From positions 1-64,000 of IMG/VR virus record IMGVR_UViG_3300021085_000009: a stretch of 64,000 nucleotides of DNA. One strand, 5' to 3'. The notes below the pieces were generated by a model. That model made no database searches, was not told the DNA's origin, and worked only from the letters and a program-made list of their open reading frames with translations. Source of the DNA: a virus. Positions 8,830 to 17,743 of the stretch are shown piece by piece (positions within the stretch are counted from its first letter, which is position 1; each line of letters begins with the position of its first letter). Made by a program: the position numbers and the translations under genes.

Positions 8830-10071
8830 TTAGCCTGGATTCTGCCAGCCTTTTATAATATTTGGGTCAAAGTTATTGGTTGAAAATTCTAATCTGTCAA
8901 CCAACTTGACCGCGCCACCTTCCATACGATCTATTGCAACAAAACCTTCTGGGTTGGTTGCTTTAAATCCGGTTTTAGTCTTAAGGAACGTTCCTATATT
9001 GTTAAGACCATTTAGTTTATTTATAATAATTAATTTTGCATCCACCACATTATTCTGTAAATTAAACACTTTTTCTAAGTTTTTTTGGTTAGATTTACTA
9101 AAAAACTTTAATAATTCATCTCTTTTATTAATTTGAGCGTCTTTACCTTTTTGAGATGATCTTTTATCAATTTCTTTTTGGTATCTATTATTAACCCAAA
9201 CAATTAATTCTGCTACATGTCTTTTAGTATCTTTAATTCTTTCGTTAGCTCTTACCTTTGTGTTATTAAATGTATTAATCACAAGGTTTAATTCCTTATT
9301 AGATTCTATTTCTTTTAATGTAGAACCTGATATTTGTTTAAATGTTTTACCTGCTTGAGATAAATGAGAGGTTACTTGTTCAGTTTCCTTCGCTGTAAAT
9401 GTTGCTGTACCTGACATATCAGGAAGTGTTGCATCGACCATCCAAACATTTTTTGATGGCTTTAGTTTAGGTACTATTTCCTTTCCAAACTCAGCTGACA
9501 TTGTTTCAAATGTAGCACCGGTATAAACCGTATGCCATACTACTCCAACTTTTGCAGATGTAATATCTTTAGCAAGTTGACTACCAACAGGTACTGCATA
9601 TACAATTGTATTTGGATGGAACGTTATATGTTTTACGCCACCAATATTTTCTGTTTTTAAATCGCCTTTATCAAACATAAAATCACCTTGTATAACATTA
9701 GTTATTCCAAGATCTTTGAAAGTGTCATAGGCTAATTTTAATTTTGTAGATAAATCACCTGAAGTATCAGCATCAATATCAGCATGTGATTTATATACTT
9801 TAGGATTTGCATTAAATATACCTTTTTTAGCAACAAAGAACTGGCCATCTCCTGGATCAATTCCAGCAAATACGGCGGGAGCACCGTCCCATTTAACAGT
9901 AACGTCTACAGCTGATTTAGCGCTACCGCTTAACATATCCCTTAGTGATCTTAGGGCAAGGATTGCTTGGCGTGCTCCCTTAACTCCACCGTCTAAAATA
10001 AGATCCTCAATATGTGTCATATGAGTGTTCTTACCTGCGGCTTCGGATAAGTTTTGTTTAAATGATTTCAT
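8830..10071 (-). CDS. Nucleic-acid ligase-like covalent nucleotidyltransferase (DUF6267-like) with CTS
   Basis: Motif I KWDG, motif III IQGDFM, motif IV EGFVA, motif V VKLV; start MKSFKQNLSE|A. Confidence 0.65.
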   Translation of the reverse strand: MKSFKQNLSEAAGKNTHMTHIEDLILDGGVKGARQAILALRSLRDMLSGSAKSAVDVTVKWDGAPAVFAGIDPGDGQFFVAKKGIFNANPKVYKSHADIDADTSGDLSTKLKLAYDTFKDLGITNVIQGDFMFDKGDLKTENIGGVKHITFHPNTIVYAVPVGSQLAKDITSAKVGVVWHTVYTGATFETMSAEFGKEIVPKLKPSKNVWMVDATLPDMSGTATFTAKETEQVTSHLSQAGKTFKQISGSTLKEIESNKELNLVINTFNNTKVRANERIKDTKRHVAELIVWVNNRYQKEIDKRSSQKGKDAQINKRDELLKFFSKSNQKNLEKVFNLQNNVVDAKLIIINKLNGLNNIGTFLKTKTGFKATNPEGFVAIDRMEGGAVKLVDRLEFSTNNFDPNIIKGWQNPG

Positions 10072-10072
10072 T

Positions 10073-11461
10073 CTATTTTCCTAATTTAACGTATGTACTT
10101 GAATCTAGTGTTGCAGATCCAGCGTAATTTACAAATTGCGTTACAACGGCATTAGCTTTTCTTCCAGTGTTAGTATCAATATAGTAACATACGTATAATG
10201 AACCAAGTTTAGCAGATACCCAGAACCAATCTTTTTGATCTAATTCTGCGTAAAATTCTTTATCAGTAACGTTTGGATAAAAGTGTTTAAACATTGTATA
10301 GAATATTTTAATAGATCTTTTATCACCCTTTTTAATCTTCTGTGCTATTTTTTTAACACCCTTAGCATGATCAGGAATTATTTTACCAGTTTCTCTTTTT
10401 ATAAATTCTTGAATAACACCCCATGATAATCCACCGCCTCTTGCTTTACTTCCTTTGATTTCAGCCTTTACTGCTTCACCATTAGCGTTATCCTTAAGGT
10501 TTAATGCACCTGTATCGTACTCAATAGTTGCACTCTTTGATGACCAAAAGTTTCCTCTGTTGGATTCTAAGGCAACCTTTTTTAGTTTATGGTTATCTGT
10601 GTCAGGTGGATATTCGTTATTATATTCTTTTAATGGTGTAGGGAACTTTAACATTGGACCTTTAAGTGATATACCAACTAATCTTCTATCATTAAAATGT
10701 TTTAATATTGCTTTATTTAAAGCTCCAACTGATGATGTTGGTAATTCTTTATCAACGTTAAAATCTGTTGATAACGCCCACATATCGCCTGGGTTCCATT
10801 TATCGTCCTTTAAAGGTTTAAATCCATTATTCTTATATGCTTGATTTTTAAGTGCATATATTTTAATCATCTTAGCATCGCCTCTATGGAATGTCATACT
10901 TTTATTAATATAACCTTCCTTAACTAACATTTTTGCAATGTTGTATGATGATGATACCCAAGCATCTGGCGAGGAAAGTATAGTTTTTAGATCGACATCT
11001 ACTTTTACTTTTCCGTATGCTGCTTTAAGAATATCATGAGTAAAAAATTCTTCAGCCTGTAACCCATGGTCAAGCATTGCTTGGCACATTACAGCTTGAT
11101 GGGATTCATTCCTAGCAGTATCTTTAGTACCAGACCCTGCCCCAGAAACTCCTCCACCAAATACCTCTGACTTTTTAAGTTGAGATAATGGAATCATCTT
11201 ATCGCCAAAAACAAATGAAATGTTTGATGGTGCTTGCTCGAATGCGTTTAATTTTTGGAGAGCGTCTTCAATATCGGTTACAATTGCTGTACCGCCTTTT
11301 TTTAATTGAAGTGGATCACGATTTTTAATAAGCTTTCTAAGAATATCTATTCTAGCTTCACCAGTATTACTATTTGGTTTCTGTAGCTCATTTTTATCTA
11401 AGGCAACGCCTTCTTTAATTTCAGTAAATCCATCTTTAAAACTATGTATGAACTTCTTCAT
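10073..11461 (-). CDS. Putative PD-(D/E)XK-like nuclease with CTS-like N-terminus
   Basis: E...KWNPGDMW...LVGISLK pattern recalls type II REase-like D..SxK sites; start MKKFIHSFKDGFTEIKE. Confidence 0.4.
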   Translation of the reverse strand: MKKFIHSFKDGFTEIKEGVALDKNELQKPNSNTGEARIDILRKLIKNRDPLQLKKGGTAIVTDIEDALQKLNAFEQAPSNISFVFGDKMIPLSQLKKSEVFGGGVSGAGSGTKDTARNESHQAVMCQAMLDHGLQAEEFFTHDILKAAYGKVKVDVDLKTILSSPDAWVSSSYNIAKMLVKEGYINKSMTFHRGDAKMIKIYALKNQAYKNNGFKPLKDDKWNPGDMWALSTDFNVDKELPTSSVGALNKAILKHFNDRRLVGISLKGPMLKFPTPLKEYNNEYPPDTDNHKLKKVALESNRGNFWSSKSATIEYDTGALNLKDNANGEAVKAEIKGSKARGGGLSWGVIQEFIKRETGKIIPDHAKGVKKIAQKIKKGDKRSIKIFYTMFKHFYPNVTDKEFYAELDQKDWFWVSAKLGSLYVCYYIDTNTGRKANAVVTQFVNYAGSATLDSSTYVKLGK

Positions 11462-11486
11462 AAACTCTCCTGTATAAATACAATTC

Positions 11487-11494
11487 TATTTATA
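11487..11494 (-). promoter_or_regulatory. T4 late promoter heading the internal-protein operon
   Basis: Exact TATAAATA 25 nt upstream of ATG, with AGGAG SD. Confidence 0.8.
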
Positions 11495-11499
11495 AGTTA

Positions 11500-11670
11500 T
11501 TAGTCGCCGAAAAATGGATTTGGTTTAATTCTTCCTTTTTCGTCGTATGTAATAACACCAATTTCATGAAGTTTATCAATCATTCGTTCAGAGCCTTCAC
11601 GTACTCCAATCTTATAAGATGTGTATCCTACTCCGCCTATAAGAAATATGAATATAAAATATAGTTCCAT
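11500..11670 (-). CDS. Small membrane protein (56 aa), not in ORF track
   Basis: MELYFIFIFLIGGVGYTSYKIGVREG...; TAATG overlap with upstream ORF. Confidence 0.6.
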   Translation of the reverse strand: MELYFIFIFLIGGVGYTSYKIGVREGSERMIDKLHEIGVITYDEKGRIKPNPFFGD

Positions 11671-11816
11671 TATACATCAACTCGAAAACATACACATTCA
11701 TAACCTTTATTAGTCATGTCTTCATAGAACATTACTGCATCTTCTTTAATAGCAAAAATATATTCTGCTACTAAATCGTTATGTTCGTCAACTGCTACTA
11801 CTTTCCAACTATCCAT
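11670..11816 (-). CDS. Small hypothetical protein (48 aa), not in ORF track
   Basis: MDSWKVVAVDEHNDLVAEYIF...; stop/start overlaps on both sides. Confidence 0.6.
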   Translation of the reverse strand: MDSWKVVAVDEHNDLVAEYIFAIKEDAVMFYEDMTNKGYECVCFRVDV

Positions 11817-12043
11817 TATCCATTCCTCATGTACTTTTCTACTGGTTTGAGCTCAATAAACTTTCTACGAGACTTTGAAAATTGTTTCATAGGAGACTTA
11901 AATTGAGTATACTTTTTAGTTCCAGTAGCTTTAAAGCCAACACATTGGCCATGTTCGTTTAGGATATAGGTATGATTCAGGACTTTATATCCTGCATCAT
12001 CCCATGTTGTGATTTCCTTTAAAGCCTTATACTTTGTAGACAT
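11816..12043 (-). CDS. Hypothetical early protein
   Basis: EITTWD..NHTYIL..FSKSRRKF; in early operon. Confidence 0.6.
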   Translation of the reverse strand: MSTKYKALKEITTWDDAGYKVLNHTYILNEHGQCVGFKATGTKKYTQFKSPMKQFSKSRRKFIELKPVEKYMRNG

Positions 12044-12344
12044 AAACATCCATCCTTTCTGCGTGTCTTAGTGGAAGAGACTGATCATACGCTCTAGGAT
12101 GTCTACCATCAGCTATTGCGTGTTTTGTTCTTGGTCCTCTTCCTTGACACTTAACTCTATACCTAATTGATTTACTAGGTGGCGTTGATGACCATCCACT
12201 ATTAAATCGATATTCATTCATCCTGTCGGTTTCTTTAGCCATTTTGTTAATAGCTTTAATTGTATTTCTAACTGTTTGAAGTTCTAGCATATCTCCAGCT
12301 GAGGCTGTGTATGCTGTCATTACGTGTGAGTTACTGTTATTCAT
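12027..12344 (-). CDS. Hypothetical early protein
   Basis: RYRVKCQGRGPR..YDQSLPL..AERMDVYVY. Confidence 0.6.
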   Translation of the reverse strand: MNNSNSHVMTAYTASAGDMLELQTVRNTIKAINKMAKETDRMNEYRFNSGWSSTPPSKSIRYRVKCQGRGPRTKHAIADGRHPRAYDQSLPLRHAERMDVYVYKV

Positions 12345-12345
12345 A

Positions 12346-12537
12346 TTATACTCCGTGCGTCATGTGATCATAGCAGTCATCACCGTTTTCCGATAAATCC
12401 TTTCCGCATACACATTTTATTGATTCTTCCAGCGTTGGTGCACCTACCATAGATCTTATCTGATCTTCTGTAAGTACTTGCTTTCCGTCTACGATTGCTT
12501 GTTCAGCTAATAGTTTGATTGATTGTTCTAAATTCAT
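12346..12537 (-). CDS. Small hypothetical protein with Cys/His cluster
   Basis: Start at TAATG overlap (MNLEQ); CVCG..CYDHMTHG. Confidence 0.55.
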   Translation of the reverse strand: MNLEQSIKLLAEQAIVDGKQVLTEDQIRSMVGAPTLEESIKCVCGKDLSENGDDCYDHMTHGV

Positions 12538-12881
12538 TATACCGCTCCTGTCCATCTGATTGTATAATCTTCGAAGATATTTCCTCTTGCGAAGTTTGTG
12601 GCCGGTGCTTTCCATGATTTAGCCATTAATATATCACCTTCTTTAAATCCTTTAGTAGGTTTAGCCACAATGAATGAATGGGTTGAATGCCCAGCACTAA
12701 TTTTAATATAGTTTCTTCCTACTGTGTAAGATAAGCCTTCACAAAATTCATCGAACATTTGATCTTTGATTCTGTTATCGCCGTCAAGACATCTATCTTG
12801 ATATCTGTGATAGTCAGCTTTAATCTTAGTTAGGTAACTAGCTAGTTCGCTAACGTTCTGTTCGTGAAATTTGTTCTTCAT
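12537..12881 (-). CDS. Conserved hypothetical early protein
   Basis: YIKI..HSFI..GDILMAKSWKAPATNFARGNI; first gene after a repeated promoter. Confidence 0.6.
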   Translation of the reverse strand: MKNKFHEQNVSELASYLTKIKADYHRYQDRCLDGDNRIKDQMFDEFCEGLSYTVGRNYIKISAGHSTHSFIVAKPTKGFKEGDILMAKSWKAPATNFARGNIFEDYTIRWTGAV

Positions 12882-12912
12882 AATTTGATTCCTTATCATT
12901 TAATATAAGTAT

Positions 12913-12986
12913 ATTATACCAGGACCAGACACAATTGTACAGGGTTTTCTGCATTTATTTGCAAAATAATTAGCCTAAGTATCACT
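12913..12986 (-). promoter_or_regulatory. Early-type promoter TGTACA-N17-TATAAT with long conserved upstream element (copy 1 of 3)
   Basis: -35 at 12936-12941, TGG-TATAAT at 12913-12918; upstream block repeated at 33516 and 36006. Confidence 0.85.
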
Positions 12987-13001
12987 CCGAAGAGTATATC
13001 T

Positions 13002-13664
13002 TTATACTATTTCGTTATAAGGGAACACTTTTGATATAACTTCACCACAAATTTTAGCAATCTCTATATGTTCTTTTTGAGTGCCGTGTGCTGACCTCAA
13101 TTGAATATAGTGAATCCATGATCTAAGAGTACCATTAACGTACATCCTACTCATAGTTAATCCTTCTGGTAATACTGCTCTGGCCTGCTCTTTTGCAATA
13201 CCAGCTTCAATAGCCCAATCATATGCTTGTCTGCACCTTTCGATTATTACTTCTTGGTACGATTCCCAAACATAATTAATAGAATCTTCTTGGTTTAATT
13301 CAATAGAATTCTGTCTATTTTTAGTATCTTGCATCCTAGCTTCTCTAGTGGTAAATTCTAAATCCTTAGTGGGATCAGCATACCTTTGAGAAAATTCTTG
13401 GAATGAAAAAGATCTGTGTCTTAAAATTTGTCGTGCGATATCTCGTGTAGTATTAATTTCCATACAAACTGATACCATTTCTAATGGAGACCAATGTTGA
13501 TTTTTAATTAAATACTTAACGAGTTTTTCTGATGTTTCATGACTTGTTTGGTTTCCAGGATTGGACACTCGAGCACAGTATGAAACTAATTGAAGAAGAT
13601 CCTCGCCCGTTGTCGGGGCGAGGTCCTCTGAGGGTTGCGAATATGATATAAGACTCACGTTCAT
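13002..13664 (-). CDS. thyX: Flavin-dependent thymidylate synthase
   Basis: HWSPLE, RQILRHRSFSFQEFSQRY signature, EQARAVLP, TQKEH. Confidence 0.95.
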   Translation of the reverse strand: MNVSLISYSQPSEDLAPTTGEDLLQLVSYCARVSNPGNQTSHETSEKLVKYLIKNQHWSPLEMVSVCMEINTTRDIARQILRHRSFSFQEFSQRYADPTKDLEFTTREARMQDTKNRQNSIELNQEDSINYVWESYQEVIIERCRQAYDWAIEAGIAKEQARAVLPEGLTMSRMYVNGTLRSWIHYIQLRSAHGTQKEHIEIAKICGEVISKVFPYNEIV

Positions 13665-13675
13665 GTTTTATTTCC

Positions 13676-13852
13676 TTAAGATTCTTTCTTAACTAAAGTA
13701 TATACACCCCATGCAAATCCAGCCCATGCTAGTAATTTAGCAACTCCGCCGAATAGGATTACTGATCCACAAACAACACATAGTGTAGTTCCGTCCCAAG
13801 TAGTTCTTTCCCCAAGTCTTGCACTTACGTAAGTTTTAATTGTATTTAACAT
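13676..13852 (-). CDS. Small two-TM membrane protein (58 aa), holin candidate; not in ORF track
   Basis: MLNTIKTYVSARLGERTTWDG-TM-TM-KKES with GAGG SD. Confidence 0.55.
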   Translation of the reverse strand: MLNTIKTYVSARLGERTTWDGTTLCVVCGSVILFGGVAKLLAWAGFAWGVYTLVKKES

Positions 13853-13862
13853 ATATTTTCCT

Positions 13863-15251
13863 CTATATTTTAAACTCTGAAAAATCCTTGCCTTCAGATT
13901 CTCCGAATTTGTTTATTGGTTTATCAGGAACCATATCTGACATAATATCAGTTTGTGCTTCCTCTTCTACGTCATAAAGTTTCATACGAGATCTATCGAC
14001 CCCAATAACAAAGCGTTTATACTTTGTTGGATCATTATAACGATTTTTCAATTGCTTAACGAGTATTTGTCCTAACTCTTCAAGCTCCTCTGTAGATATT
14101 AACGCAAACATTAAATCAGCCGTTGCCGGTAGACCAAACGATTCCGAAGTATCTTCTAATCCAACATCAGTATTACTGAAGCCAGATCTCGTGGTTTGAG
14201 TCGCACTCACGATTGGTACATTAAACTCTACTGCTAAGCCTCTCAGCTCTTCAGCAATTGCTTTAATGTATGAATAAGTATTTATGTTTCCACCAAGGCC
14301 TTTCATACGAGAAGAGGCACAAATATTCAAATAATCGATATAAATTATATCGGGACTGAAGTTCTTTTTAAGCTTCAATTCGTTTAGTAATGCCCTAAAA
14401 TGGCCAACATGTGCTGCACCTGTAGGATATTCCTTTACGATTAATTTACCAACATGTCCCTTTGCAATCTTTTCAATCTTTTGATTAAATACATTCTGTG
14501 GTAAAGTATCCAATTGTTCTATTGGAAAATTCATTAAATTAGCATCGACCCTTTCAGCAATTCTTTCTTCAGCCATTTCCATTGTAATGTACAATACGTT
14601 CTTTCCTTCAGAAATATTTGCAGCTGAACAGTGACACATAAAGAGTGATTTACCTACACCAGTACCTGCAAGGCAGATGTTTAAACTTTTCTTTGGTAAA
14701 CCACCTTTGGTAATTTTATTAAAGTAATCTAAATCAAACGGTATACGTTCTTCAACTTTGTTATAGAAATCATAACGATCTTCTGAATTATCGATGTAAT
14801 CATGGCCGATGTCTTGATCGAATGATACGCCTAGGGCTTGAGATAAAATGTCAGGTATTGCACCTGCTTGTAACTCTGGTTTTTTACCATCGATGATTTG
14901 AATAGAATCCATGATTGCACCATAGATTGCTTTTTCTTGACACCACTTTTCTGACTCTTTAATTAACCATTCTGTTTCAATATCAGATCTTTCTTTAATT
15001 TCTGTTATTAAGTGTGATGATCTATTAAGTAAATCGTCTGGTGCTTGCACACCAGTTAATTCAATTTCTAGTATTTTACTTGTAGGTAGTTTATTATGTG
15101 TACTTACAAAATCTACTATAAGATCAAATACTACTCGATGTTCGCCTTCAAAATATTCCTTCTTTAAAAATGGTATTACCCTACGGCAAAATGACTCATC
15201 ATTAAGTAGATGATTGAGTACGTGTGTCGGTATTTGTGTTGATATGTCCAA
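13863..15251 (-). CDS. 41: Replicative DNA helicase gp41
   Basis: AGTGVGKS, YITMEMAEE, IDYLNI, SATQTTR, KQLKNRY. Confidence 0.95.
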   Translation of the reverse strand: MDISTQIPTHVLNHLLNDESFCRRVIPFLKKEYFEGEHRVVFDLIVDFVSTHNKLPTSKILEIELTGVQAPDDLLNRSSHLITEIKERSDIETEWLIKESEKWCQEKAIYGAIMDSIQIIDGKKPELQAGAIPDILSQALGVSFDQDIGHDYIDNSEDRYDFYNKVEERIPFDLDYFNKITKGGLPKKSLNICLAGTGVGKSLFMCHCSAANISEGKNVLYITMEMAEERIAERVDANLMNFPIEQLDTLPQNVFNQKIEKIAKGHVGKLIVKEYPTGAAHVGHFRALLNELKLKKNFSPDIIYIDYLNICASSRMKGLGGNINTYSYIKAIAEELRGLAVEFNVPIVSATQTTRSGFSNTDVGLEDTSESFGLPATADLMFALISTEELEELGQILVKQLKNRYNDPTKYKRFVIGVDRSRMKLYDVEEEAQTDIMSDMVPDKPINKFGESEGKDFSEFKI

Positions 15252-15546
15252 TTTGTCCCTTCTTTTTTTCCAATGAATCAGATATAATATATGTAAGTAT
15301 GTCGCCTAAATGATTATTAAACTCTTCGTTTTTGTCAAGTTCTTTATCATTAAATTCAGCTGGATCAATACAAGTCCAAGTAAACTCTAAGGTTCCAATA
15401 TCAAGTTCTTTATCTTCTTTTATTGAAACCTTTCCGTAAATGACTGTAACATCTTTATACTTTCCAGTTAAAAGCTTTACACCGTAGAAATCTGATTCAG
15501 GATTTTCTACTAGTGTAAAATCGCTATCTGATATATTATACATCAT
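15202..15546 (-). CDS. Conserved protein at the T4 gp40 position
   Basis: Synteny between uvsX and 41. Confidence 0.45.
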   Translation of the reverse strand: MMYNISDSDFTLVENPESDFYGVKLLTGKYKDVTVIYGKVSIKEDKELDIGTLEFTWTCIDPAEFNDKELDKNEEFNNHLGDILTYIISDSLEKKKGQIGHINTNTDTRTQSST

Positions 15547-16603
15547 CTTCCTCTGAAAGTACAGTGAAATCTTCGTCCATTGCAATTAATGGCTTCTGGC
15601 CAATTTGATAATGGCCTTTAATAAATTTCTTAAAATCAGTTCCTTCAAAAATTGGATTCCAAAATTCTTGATCAAGAGTATCTTTTTCTCTTACTTTTGG
15701 ATCTAACAACTCACCTGTTTCTCTATCAACTCTACAGTACCAACCATTGCTTGGTTTAGCAACATAATTTCCAGCTAGAGCTACATCGAGTAAGCCACTG
15801 TATTCTGAAATACCACCTTCCCATGTTACACTAATTGGAATCTTAGATTTTTCTTTTACAAACCTTGATTTTTCAACATTAACAACAAAGTCATATCCTT
15901 TAACTTCGGATCCTTTTTTGTTCTGCCTTCTACCAATAATCCAAATGTTATCAGCTGAATAGTAAATTCCAGTACCACCTGATACAACTGCTTTAGGAAA
16001 CAATCCAATTTCTTGGTATGTATGATTAACAGCAAGTAAAGGGATATTCTTCATAGTCAGATAAGGAGTGACCATTCTGAATAATCCCTTCAGTGCTTTA
16101 GCTCTTGACATATCAGCAACTGATTTTTCGTTTAATGCGTCTTCTAATTCTTTCTTAGAAGCTAAGTTACCAATAGAATCGATTACGACAATAACTTTAT
16201 CATCTCTTTCAATCGTATCTAATTGATTAACTAAATCAAACTTTAGTTGCTCTACGTCTGTGATTGGTGTGTGTAATACCCTTGAAACATCAATTCCAAA
16301 GGACTCAAAGTAAGATTGTGGTGAACCAAATTCTGAATCATAAAATAGCATAACTGCATCGTCATGTTCTTTCATATATGCTCCAGCCATCAATAAAGCA
16401 AACGAAGTTTTAAAATGTTTACTTGGACCAGCTAGAACTGTTAGACCAGATGATAAACCACCATCGACATCTCCTGAGAGTGCAACGTTTATCATTGGTA
16501 CACTTGTTGTAACTATATCCTTTTCACCAAAGTATATTGATTTTTCTAGAGTATCTGTACCTTTAATTCTAGAGTTCTTTTTAAGTTTGTCCATTATGCC
16601 CAT
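15536..16603 (-). CDS. uvsX: RecA-like recombinase UvsX
   Basis: AGPSKHFKT, FYDSEFG, DSIGNLASKKE, EKSRFVKEKS. Confidence 0.95.
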   Translation of the reverse strand: MGIMDKLKKNSRIKGTDTLEKSIYFGEKDIVTTSVPMINVALSGDVDGGLSSGLTVLAGPSKHFKTSFALLMAGAYMKEHDDAVMLFYDSEFGSPQSYFESFGIDVSRVLHTPITDVEQLKFDLVNQLDTIERDDKVIVVIDSIGNLASKKELEDALNEKSVADMSRAKALKGLFRMVTPYLTMKNIPLLAVNHTYQEIGLFPKAVVSGGTGIYYSADNIWIIGRRQNKKGSEVKGYDFVVNVEKSRFVKEKSKIPISVTWEGGISEYSGLLDVALAGNYVAKPSNGWYCRVDRETGELLDPKVREKDTLDQEFWNPIFEGTDFKKFIKGHYQIGQKPLIAMDEDFTVLSEEDDV

Positions 16604-16863
16604 TATTTTCCTCCTCGACCACGTTCAGGTCTTAATTGCATTGAGCGTTCTTTTTTGCGCCATCTGGCTAAAGCTTCTGCTTTTTTCCTTTTCTTTTTGG
16701 CTGTTGGTTTTTCGTAAAACTCTTTTCGTCTTACATCTTGAAGAGTTCCAGCTCTTTCAACTGCCTTTCTGAATTTTCTAAGAGCAACATCAAATGGCAT
16801 TTCTGATGCTGGCCTTTTATCTTTTGGGTGCCTCTTACGAGGTCTTAAATCTACACTTGGCAT
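16603..16863 (-). CDS. rpsU: Phage-encoded 30S ribosomal protein bS21
   Basis: [28 protein letters not shown] matches E. coli-type S21. Confidence 0.9.
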   Translation of the reverse strand: MPSVDLRPRKRHPKDKRPASEMPFDVALRKFRKAVERAGTLQDVRRKEFYEKPTAKKKRKKAEALARWRKKERSMQLRPERGRGGK

Positions 16864-16887
16864 AGTTCTCCTTGTTTAATATAGTCT

Positions 16888-16916
16888 ATTATACCATATT
16901 TTGGTTTAATTGTACA
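16888..16916 (-). promoter_or_regulatory. TGTACA-N17-TATAAT promoter upstream of rpsU-uvsX
   Basis: Exact motif and spacing, extended TGG. Confidence 0.8.
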
Positions 16917-17743
16917 TGGTTAAATTGAATATTTTGTTCTTTTTCTCTTTCGTCTCTTTCATATTGAGATCTATACTTATTGTTTATCTCAATTGCTTTG
17001 GCCAAAAGAGAAAGTTCATCGCTGAACTTTGCAAAAGCCAAAGTATCTTTAGGAAAGCATGCACCGCCATATCCTTGCTTTCCATCAAATCCTGGAACCT
17101 TGGTATGGGAAGGTGCAATTCTATTATCAGCACCAACTGCTTTAATAATAGTATTGAAATTGACATCGCCGTTAGTTCTACATAGATCGTAGAGCTGATT
17201 AAAGAATGTAATCTTAGTTGCTAGGAATGAATTGATTGTGTATTTAACCAAAGAAGCTTCTTCATGGTTCATATGATAAGATGGGCATGGTGTACATAAA
17301 CTATATTTTTCGTAGAATTCTTCTAACCTTTTAGTATTATATATGTCTCCACCAAAGATATGAAACTCAGGATTTACAAATTGTTCACATGCAGACTTTT
17401 CTGTTAAAAATTCTGGATTATACACAACGTTATTCCAAAATTTATATTCAGCTATTACGTTTGGTGTAACAGTTGATTTAATAACAATTAGGGTTTCTTT
17501 TAAGCATTCATCAAGATTATCCATTACAGATTTTAAAATACTGCTATTGATATTACCGTCGTCGCCCATAGGTGTAGGAACACACACAAAAATTAAATCA
17601 GGTTTCCAATCTTTTAATTTGTATTGATCCTCGTTAGTATGACCATAGTTTGGATCTAAAATTTTCTTTTCTACTTGCTGATTGCTAAATCCATAATCAA
17701 CTGCTTTACCTACAAAGCCATGCCCTATAATTGCTAATCTCAT
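16889..17743 (-). CDS. UDP-glucose/GDP-mannose 6-dehydrogenase family (lacks the C-terminal domain)
   Basis: GHGFVG, CVPTP, IKSTV, NPEFL, GYGGACFPKD. Confidence 0.9.
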   Translation of the reverse strand: MRLAIIGHGFVGKAVDYGFSNQQVEKKILDPNYGHTNEDQYKLKDWKPDLIFVCVPTPMGDDGNINSSILKSVMDNLDECLKETLIVIKSTVTPNVIAEYKFWNNVVYNPEFLTEKSACEQFVNPEFHIFGGDIYNTKRLEEFYEKYSLCTPCPSYHMNHEEASLVKYTINSFLATKITFFNQLYDLCRTNGDVNFNTIIKAVGADNRIAPSHTKVPGFDGKQGYGGACFPKDTLAFAKFSDELSLLAKAIEINNKYRSQYERDEREKEQNIQFNHVQLNQNMV

